Source: Yoonia sp. (GTDB lineage: Bacteria; Pseudomonadota; Alphaproteobacteria; Rhodobacterales; Rhodobacteraceae). From it: a DNA stretch of 64,000 nucleotides. Position numbers and translations under genes: made by a program. The notes under the pieces are model-generated. The model was not told the origin of the DNA, did not search any database, and saw only the letters and a program-made list of their open reading frames with translations. Positions 57,445 through 64,000 of this stretch are shown piece by piece (the first letter of the stretch is position 1; each line of letters starts with the position of its first letter). Where the stretch lies: the NCBI RefSeq assembly GCF_046498525.1, contig NZ_JAWOAN010000097.1:2567-66566 (forward strand), written 5' to 3'.

Positions 57445-58382
57445 GCAGCACAACGACTGATATCCTGCTGCTGGCCCTTGGCTGTTTCGGAATCCTGATC
57501 GCATTCACAGTCCTGGGCGAAGTCCTGCGGGCGCGCCAACCCGTGCACGAACCCAACCCTTTGCTCGATACCTACATGACCCGCGTGCAAAGCTGGTGGG
57601 GCATGGTCGCCTTTGTCGGGGCGGCACTTTTGTTGGGCAAGCCGGGTATCATGATCCTTTTCGCCTTCGCCTCTTTTGCCGCCCTGCGCGAAATCCTGAC
57701 ACTCACAGCCAAGGCGCAGGCAGATCACCTGTCTCTGGCGCTGGCATTCTTCGCTGTATTGCCGCTGCAATATATCTTTGTGAGCCTTGGCTGGACCGGA
57801 TTGTTTACCGTGTTCATTCCCGTCTATGCCTTTCTTTTCCTGCCCATGGTCTCGGCCCTGCGCGGGAACCCGCAACGGTTTCTTGTCCGCGTGGCCGAAA
57901 CCCAATGGGCGCTGATGATTGCCGTTTTCTGCGTCAGCCATGTGCCTGCGCTCATGTCCTTGGACATCGACGGTTATGGTGATCGCTCACTCTTGTTGAT
58001 CGCGTTTTTGGTGATCGTGGTGCAACTCGGCGATCTGCTTGATTTCTTTTTCGGGCGACGTATCGGGAAACACAAGATCGCTCCCGGCCTTTCGCCGAAG
58101 ACATGGGAAGGCATGATCTGCGGTATTCTCAGCGCGATGGTCATTGGTGCGCTGCTGGCATGGATCACACCCTTCGGTGTGGTTGGAGCCGCACTTATGG
58201 CAGGTGTCGCATCGCTTGTCGGCATGTTCGGCAATCTTGTCATGGCGGCCATCAAACGTGACCGGGGCGTGAAAGACTGGTCACACCTGATCCCCGGACA
58301 GGGTGGTTTTGTCGATCAACTTGACAGCGTGATCTTTGCAGCGCCGATCTTTTATCAACTCACCAAGGTTTTCTATACCTAG
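57441..58382 (+). CDS. CdsA-family phosphatidate cytidylyltransferase paralog (YnbB-like)
   Basis: Polytopic protein with a C-terminal signature …SAIKRDRGVKDWSHLIPGQGGFVDQLDS…. 4-nt overlap with the acyltransferase gene. Confidence 0.75.
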   Translation: MSSTTTDILLLALGCFGILIAFTVLGEVLRARQPVHEPNPLLDTYMTRVQSWWGMVAFVGAALLLGKPGIMILFAFASFAALREILTLTAKAQADHLSLALAFFAVLPLQYIFVSLGWTGLFTVFIPVYAFLFLPMVSALRGNPQRFLVRVAETQWALMIAVFCVSHVPALMSLDIDGYGDRSLLLIAFLVIVVQLGDLLDFFFGRRIGKHKIAPGLSPKTWEGMICGILSAMVIGALLAWITPFGVVGAALMAGVASLVGMFGNLVMAAIKRDRGVKDWSHLIPGQGGFVDQLDSVIFAAPIFYQLTKVFYT

Positions 58383-59128
58383 GTCCGCCCCACAAATTGC
58401 GGCAACTTCGACAGGTTCTTGGCCACCAGCGTACCGAAACCGCCCACGCCATGCCGCATGATCGCACGGTAGTCCTCGCGGCTCTTGCGGATCATATGGG
58501 CAAAGGACCTGTTGCTTACACCACCCATCTTCATCTGCACCATGACGTGTGGGATGTATCCCAATCGAACCTTGCCAGCCGTCAGGAACCGCAGCATGGC
58601 ATCATAGTCGCCCGAGATTTGATAGCTTGTGTCATAAAGCCCTGCACGCTCGAAAACCGCGCGGCGCAGATAAAGCGTCGGATGCGGCGGCATCCAGCCC
58701 CGCTTGAGGTGTGCCGCAGAATAGGGCCCCGCGATCCAGTGCCGGATCACCTGTGTGGCATCATCGCGCGAAACATAGTCCAAGTCTCCATAGACGCCGT
58801 CGATACCGGGGTCGTCCAACGCAGCGGCAACATGCGCCAGCACGTCCGGCGCTGCCAGTTGGTCATCGGCATGCAACAGCCCGATGATATCGCCCGAGGC
58901 GCGGGCAATCCCACGGTTGATCGCATCGTAAATACCGCTGTCCGGCAGTGATCGCAGCGCCATGTTCTGATGCCCCTGTGCCTGCAATATCGCAAGCGTC
59001 GCGTCGGTTGATCCGCCATCCTGCACGACATGTTCCACATCGGGATGATCCTGTGCCTTCAAACTTTGCAGCATCGCAGGCAGGGTCGCCTGCCCATTGA
59101 TCACGGCGGTCACAACAGAGATTTTCAT
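58379..59128 (-). CDS. Glycosyltransferase family 2
   Basis: MKISVVTAVINGQATLPAMLQSL…VVQDGGSTD…LHADD…. Confidence 0.8.
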   Translation of the reverse strand: MKISVVTAVINGQATLPAMLQSLKAQDHPDVEHVVQDGGSTDATLAILQAQGHQNMALRSLPDSGIYDAINRGIARASGDIIGLLHADDQLAAPDVLAHVAAALDDPGIDGVYGDLDYVSRDDATQVIRHWIAGPYSAAHLKRGWMPPHPTLYLRRAVFERAGLYDTSYQISGDYDAMLRFLTAGKVRLGYIPHVMVQMKMGGVSNRSFAHMIRKSREDYRAIMRHGVGGFGTLVAKNLSKLPQFVGRT

Positions 59129-60042
59129 GCAGGGATATCCTTTTGATTAACTTCAGGGACCGTCACGTCAATGTCCAAAACATCCCTGATTGCCGCTATC
59201 GGAGAGGCTCCGGTGGCACTCATATGGCGGCGTAACTCAGCCAGTTTCGCGTCCACCAGATAGCGGTACCAAAACCCCTGCAGCACATGGAAAGCGCGCG
59301 CTTGCGGGCCATCCAGAAAACCAAGGCGGAAAACATAGCGGTAGACAAAATAGCCGCCTGCGCGCAGGCCCGCAGGCAAATGCGCATAAAGATGCAGCTT
59401 CAGCCACCGCTTCATGGCTGCGGCTCCGGCGCCCGGCAGATCGCCCGCATCTGGCAAAAAGCCATGCTCCCGGTTCAACACGTCAACGACCTCGCGACTG
59501 GCGTAGGCATTGTGTTTGGCCACCCACCAATCAAGCGGGTTCAGATTGTCGTCGATGATCTGCCCGCGCAGGTGAGTGGTCAGTCCGTCCACCACGATAT
59601 GTTCGTCCATCCATCGCGCCTCGCACCGCGCCTTGCCATTGCGAAACAAGCGCATCGTCGGGACAGGAAACACGCCGCCATGACGGACCAAATACCCCAT
59701 GAATTTGATCCCCCGCCCCACATAGCAGCCGTCAACATCCGGCAAGCCTGCTGAAATCTCGGCGGCTAGCACCGGCGTGACGACCTCATCGGCATCCAGC
59801 CGCAGCACCCAGCCAGGCGCATCCCTGATCTGGTCCAGCGCCCAGTTGAATTGTACCGCGTGGTTGGTCCACGCATGAAACAGCACCTCTGCCCCGTGTT
59901 CCTGCGCAATCTGTACCGTTGCGTCGGTCGAGCCGCTGTCGACCACGACAATGCGGTCGGCCAACGCGCGCACGGAAGCGATCGCCCTTGCGATGTGGCG
60001 CGCCTCATCTTTGGTCAGGATGATAACGGTCAGCGGTGTCAA
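59125..60042 (-). CDS. Glycosyltransferase family 2
   Basis: …LTVIILTKDEARHIARAI…VVVDSGSTD…RLDADE…. Confidence 0.8.
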   Translation of the reverse strand: MTPLTVIILTKDEARHIARAIASVRALADRIVVVDSGSTDATVQIAQEHGAEVLFHAWTNHAVQFNWALDQIRDAPGWVLRLDADEVVTPVLAAEISAGLPDVDGCYVGRGIKFMGYLVRHGGVFPVPTMRLFRNGKARCEARWMDEHIVVDGLTTHLRGQIIDDNLNPLDWWVAKHNAYASREVVDVLNREHGFLPDAGDLPGAGAAAMKRWLKLHLYAHLPAGLRAGGYFVYRYVFRLGFLDGPQARAFHVLQGFWYRYLVDAKLAELRRHMSATGASPIAAIRDVLDIDVTVPEVNQKDIPA

Positions 60043-61175
60043 ACCATCACCTCCTGAAAGCCCTGCCCCGCCAGATCGCGGTACAGCCCTTCAAAGGCCG
60101 CCACCATCGCCGCCGTGGAAAAATCACGGCGGACCCAAGCGCGTCCACGCTCGCCCATTTGCAGAAGATCATGCTCTGCAAGTGCCGCAATCTCTGCGGC
60201 AAGGTCACTGCGCGACAGATCGATGCAACGTCCACAGCCATGCCGTTCTAGCTCTTGCCAAGGCGTTCTCTGTGTCGTCAGAACCGGTACGCGATGGGCC
60301 AGCGCCTCGGCGACAACGATGCCGAAATTCTCGGAATGGGATGGCAGGACAAACAGATCGGCCCCTGCAAAGGCGGCAGCTTTCGCCTTGCCTTCGACAT
60401 GTCCATGCATGCGGATACGGCCATTTGAAAAGTTGGCACGTAGCTGCAACATCCGCGCGTAGGCCGCATCGCCGGTGCCGTAAATATCCAGAGTGAAACG
60501 GGACGGCAGACGGGCCATCGTATCGAAAAGGGCCTCCAACCCCTTCTTTGGATGAAGACGGCTGAGAAACATCAAACGGCAGCCGGACCCGTCCCTTTGA
60601 CGCTGCGGCAGGTCCACGGGAATATCGACCGCGTTTGGAATGACCGCACGCGCAATGCCCTGCAAACGTCGCACGCTTTGCCGGGCTTCCTGTGCAGCGG
60701 TCACGTGCAGCACGGTGTCTCTGGGACGAAAAATATTGGCCAGATGTTCAAACCCGTGCTTGATACGCAGGTGCGGGGCTTCGGCCCAATCCTCGGTGGC
60801 TTGGAGTGCCCCACGCGGGGACCAGACCAGAGGCTTGCCCAGCACACGCGCCAAGGCAAAAGCAGGCAATGTCGGCATATTGTAGGTGCCTGTAACATGT
60901 ACCAAATCAGCCCAATGGATCGCGCGTGGCAAACGCGCCAAAAGGTCCGGTGCAATGCAATGCCCTGCCATACGGCGCGCGTAATGAACGGGATAGGGCA
61001 GCGTGGCAGGCGTGACACGATCCGAAATCGCAGGACCCGCCGCATCCGATGTCAGGACCTGCAATTCCACATCGGGCACAGCCGCGATGCCATCACAAAT
61101 CGCCTTGGTCGACCAGATCGGTCCGCCCCAATAGGTGGCCGGATAGAATGTCGGAACGATGTGCAGCACCTTCAT
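60039..61175 (-). CDS. Glycosyltransferase family 4 (GT-B, GT1 domain)
   Basis: MKVLHIVPTFYPATYWGGP…, with a C-terminal …LPSHSENFGIVVAEALA… EX7E region. The ATG at 61175 overlaps the upstream stop. Confidence 0.8.
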   Translation of the reverse strand: MKVLHIVPTFYPATYWGGPIWSTKAICDGIAAVPDVELQVLTSDAAGPAISDRVTPATLPYPVHYARRMAGHCIAPDLLARLPRAIHWADLVHVTGTYNMPTLPAFALARVLGKPLVWSPRGALQATEDWAEAPHLRIKHGFEHLANIFRPRDTVLHVTAAQEARQSVRRLQGIARAVIPNAVDIPVDLPQRQRDGSGCRLMFLSRLHPKKGLEALFDTMARLPSRFTLDIYGTGDAAYARMLQLRANFSNGRIRMHGHVEGKAKAAAFAGADLFVLPSHSENFGIVVAEALAHRVPVLTTQRTPWQELERHGCGRCIDLSRSDLAAEIAALAEHDLLQMGERGRAWVRRDFSTAAMVAAFEGLYRDLAGQGFQEVMV

Positions 61176-61741
61176 GCCGCCACCTCGACCAATTTGCGAT
61201 AGCCTACGATTTTGGCAGGATTGCCCACCACAATCGCCCCAGCCGGTACATCGCGTGTCACAATCGCACCTGCACCAATCACGGCACCGGACCCGATGAC
61301 ACGACACGACGCCAGAACGACAGCCCGCATGCCAATCCAGACATCGCGTTCAATCGTCTTGGGCAACTGCATCGCGGCTGCGTGCGGGTCCAACCCATGA
61401 TCATGTGTATAAATAACCGCCTGTTCCGACACCAAGACATCGTCGCCCAAGGTCAAGCCACCGGTCATGTCCAACAGAACGTCACGATTGATTTGCACCC
61501 GATCCCCGATCTGCAAAGCCGCGTCGTCACCCTCGGCCGCCACACCCACACCGCGCCAGAAAATGCAGTCCGCCCCGATACTGACCCGATCAGGACAATC
61601 AAAGCGGATGCCGGTCTGGAACCGCGACCGCAGCCCGACCTTCGCAAGGCTGGCCCGATGCAACCGTGTTGCAAGCCGGTGCGCCAACCGTCGCCGGACC
61701 GCTGCCCAGATCCGCAAAGTCCAAAAACAAAGCCTAAACAT
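61172..61741 (-). CDS. Left-handed beta-helix (hexapeptide) O-acetyltransferase
   Basis: Hexapeptide repeats …IGMRAVVLASCRVIGSGAVIGAGAIVTRDVPAGAIVVGNPAKIV. Confidence 0.8.
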   Translation of the reverse strand: MFRLCFWTLRIWAAVRRRLAHRLATRLHRASLAKVGLRSRFQTGIRFDCPDRVSIGADCIFWRGVGVAAEGDDAALQIGDRVQINRDVLLDMTGGLTLGDDVLVSEQAVIYTHDHGLDPHAAAMQLPKTIERDVWIGMRAVVLASCRVIGSGAVIGAGAIVTRDVPAGAIVVGNPAKIVGYRKLVEVAA

Positions 61742-63077
61742 AAAGTGACCCTTTCGCGTTGAATGGTGTGGACACAGCCAGCCGATAGCGCGGCAAAAAG
61801 AGGGTGATCATCGCAAGGATCAGCACCCCTTGCGCCGCAGCCCCCACGATGAACCCGCTGAATGATGAATGGAGCGACGCCTGCACAAACGGATAAAGCA
61901 GCAACGGATAAAGGGCGAAGCCGGCAAATCGCAATGTTGCACGCGCCGAGAGAAGCGCCACTTCCAAGCGGCGGTAGACCCAGCCAAGCACAAAGCCCAC
62001 AAGAACGCCCGCCCAGCCAAAATTCATGAAGGCCTCGCCGGGGCCGGTGACGTTGAACGCCCCGCCGGTGGCCACCTGCATCACGTCACGCTTGAGGAAA
62101 ACGCCCAGATCAATCGCGGGCTTGTCGACCCAGATTGCACGCGGCACCCAGCCAAAGGCCCACCAACCATAGCTTTCGCCCAGCAGGTAGGAGTCGGGCT
62201 TTACCTGATCAGTCACCATGATCGCCGCGTTGATATCGAGGAAATACGTAGAGCCGACGATCTGATGCAAAAGTGAGGCATCGGTACCGCGTAGCGTGGT
62301 CATATAGGCGCTCAGAAACAGGACGCCGACCGCTCCGGCGGTCATCTGGATCACCGTGCGCAATCCAACGTGAAACCCAAGCAGCAGATAGGTTGCACTT
62401 GCAAAGACCAGCAACTCGACCAATTCGAACCTGTCGCCGGACACCAAAGCAATGGCCACAAGCAGACCCGCCAGCATCGCAGCCTGCGCCATAAGCCAAC
62501 GCGACTGCCGCACAAGCCCCTGTGCCAACAGCAAGACGAACGCGCATTTGGGAACGACGAACAAGGTCTTGAGGCCTGCCAGCGTCGCACCCACCCCGTT
62601 AGCGCCCACGTTGATCTGCTTGTCCTGATTGAACACGGTCAAAAGATCAGCCGAGAAAACGGATAGGCCCCGCGCCTGCAACAACAGCGCAAATGTGAAT
62701 CCCGCCACTGCAAAAGCCGCAGCAAACAGCCAGCCTTGGCGGACCAGCCCGTTAGCCACGATCCGCGCCTCGCGGACGGCAGGTGCTGGATCAATCGGAC
62801 GCACTGCACAGCGATAGCCCAGACACATCAGCAAAATAAAACCGGCCAGATAGATCGCCCCCGTCTGCTTCGCAGCGGATGTGTCGATATAGCGGCTGTA
62901 GAAGGCGTACTCTGGCATTATGCCGTAAACCGCGACCTTCAGCAGAAAACCGAACGTGCAGAAATAGCCCAGCAAATGCATCGGAGACAAAAAGCGCACC
63001 ATCCCGTGCCGCACACCCAGCCAAAACGGGATCACACAGCAGATGAGGGCCAACAGCAAGGTCAGGAGGTTCTCCAT
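61734..63077 (-). CDS. Oligosaccharide repeat-unit polymerase (Wzy-like) membrane protein
   Basis: 447-aa polytopic protein with a large periplasmic loop in a GT/Wzx context. No close family recognisable by eye. Confidence 0.55.
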   Translation of the reverse strand: MENLLTLLLALICCVIPFWLGVRHGMVRFLSPMHLLGYFCTFGFLLKVAVYGIMPEYAFYSRYIDTSAAKQTGAIYLAGFILLMCLGYRCAVRPIDPAPAVREARIVANGLVRQGWLFAAAFAVAGFTFALLLQARGLSVFSADLLTVFNQDKQINVGANGVGATLAGLKTLFVVPKCAFVLLLAQGLVRQSRWLMAQAAMLAGLLVAIALVSGDRFELVELLVFASATYLLLGFHVGLRTVIQMTAGAVGVLFLSAYMTTLRGTDASLLHQIVGSTYFLDINAAIMVTDQVKPDSYLLGESYGWWAFGWVPRAIWVDKPAIDLGVFLKRDVMQVATGGAFNVTGPGEAFMNFGWAGVLVGFVLGWVYRRLEVALLSARATLRFAGFALYPLLLYPFVQASLHSSFSGFIVGAAAQGVLILAMITLFLPRYRLAVSTPFNAKGSLYV

Positions 63078-64000
63078 TGCCCCCCCTTCGCGCGCAGCAA
63101 GACACGCGCCGATGTATCAATGTCCAGTCGGCGTTTCGCAGCCCACCAAAGGGCGATGCCACCCAGCGTCAGCGCACCGGCATACCCCAGCGCATTGGAC
63201 GTTGCGCTCAATTCCGTGCCCCACCACTGAGACCAAAGCAGGTAGAGGAGGACCATCAGCAGGCGCGCAGCCAGCGCAAGCCCCGGTAATCCGCAAAGCG
63301 TCACCACGGTAAAGCTTGACGCCAAGGCCACCTGTCCCAAGGCTCCCAGCAGCAGAATTGAAAAAACAAGGGCAGAACCACCTCCGGCCTGTTGCGGCAG
63401 GACGTAAGGCAAGAGCGGCACCAGCAGAACGCCAAATCCGAAAAGCGCAAGCCCAGGCAACATTGCAATCTGGCTGCCATACGCACTGGCGCGTGCCAGC
63501 GCGATCCTGTCACCCGCACCATGCGCTGCCGAAATATCAGGTGAGCTGACCCATGTCGCCACAGTGACCGGCAAAGCAACCAGATTGGCGATGCGGCGCA
63601 ATACGGCATAAACACCCAACTGCTCGGCGGACATCACGGCCCCGCCGACGATCAGGTCCATCTGCGCGACTGCCATGCCCAGTACCGACGCCGCCCAAAG
63701 CGACATGCTGAAATACGGACGCCCACCAGTCGAGAGCAACAACTGGCAACGACGCCGGTAAATCCAGATAAAGCCCGCGACAGACAGCGCACACATCGTT
63801 CCGGCAGACCCAAGCAGAATCACTTCAGCCTGCGCGCCCTGCCCCGCAACCCCGGCCACGCCCAAGGCAACCTGTGGCCCCGCATCGCGCAGCGCCATCG
63901 ACGCCTGTACACTTCCCAGCGCCCGCATCACCGTGGCCAGACATACTAGGACATTGGTGACAAACCCCGCAATCAGGATGGCGGCCCACGGCATATCCGG
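63062..64000 (-). CDS. Polysaccharide flippase (Wzx/MOP-type), C-terminal part; gene runs off the right edge
   Basis: Polytopic ORF open to the window end, overlapping the wzy-like start. Confidence 0.55.
   Translation of the reverse strand, partial: PDMPWAAILIAGFVTNVLVCLATVMRALGSVQASMALRDAGPQVALGVAGVAGQGAQAEVILLGSAGTMCALSVAGFIWIYRRRCQLLLSTGGRPYFSMSLWAASVLGMAVAQMDLIVGGAVMSAEQLGVYAVLRRIANLVALPVTVATWVSSPDISAAHGAGDRIALARASAYGSQIAMLPGLALFGFGVLLVPLLPYVLPQQAGGGSALVFSILLLGALGQVALASSFTVVTLCGLPGLALAARLLMVLLYLLWSQWWGTELSATSNALGYAGALTLGGIALWWAAKRRLDIDTSARVLLRAKGGQWRTS

Noticed and set aside
1-64000. tRNA, rRNA, tmRNA or integrase-flanked island signatures.
   Set aside because: The intergenic regions are short. 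None shows tRNA-like acceptor/T-arm sequences (for example GGTTCGAATCC) and no integrase gene is present, so none was called.

Overview
High-GC alphaproteobacterial chromosome segment, most likely Rhodobacterales (roseobacter-type). Support for that placement: a SAM/SAH-type riboswitch precedes metK, a GAAC-N7-GAAC alphaproteobacterial SOS box is present, and irr lies divergent from fabA-fabB-fabI. All homology calls were made by eye from the ORF translations, with no searches run.

Left to right:
- phnCDEE phosphonate uptake with a Pho-box-like site.
- A sulfide-related neighbourhood: Tat-signal type II SQR, a small membrane protein, a TehA/SLAC1-type channel, a Crp/Fnr regulator and DUF2892. 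It is surrounded by gene decay (LysR stub, cydA remnant, IS3 orfA fragment).
- A type I secretion ABC/MFP pair with no substrate or outer-membrane gene nearby.
- A six-gene Mrp/Pha cation-proton antiporter operon.
- An SOS-box-controlled radical SAM + DUF4130 pair of unknown function.
- ychF, trpA and lldD, then two tandem small paralogous membrane proteins, an MFS gene, rplY-pth and DUF2237.
- A three-gene module of two secreted PepSY-like proteins with extreme poly-Asp/Glu tails plus a membrane-anchored LuxR-type HTH protein. This is my best candidate for an undescribed system.
- A long housekeeping run: trpB, trpF, lapA-like, ihfB, rpsA, cmk, aroA, trmB, metK, lnt, corC, ybeY, phoH, miaB.
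- A conserved hypothetical gene, an apparently degenerate RAYT-like gene, and irr/fabABI.
- A mixed hydrolase/dehydrogenase stretch and a PlsC-like/CdsA-like lipid pair.
- The start of a Wzx/Wzy-type polysaccharide cluster.

No rRNA, tRNA or CRISPR array was seen. Gene order suggests an inversion of about 8 kb (about 21.6-29.8 kb) that split trpFB from trpA and pth from ychF.
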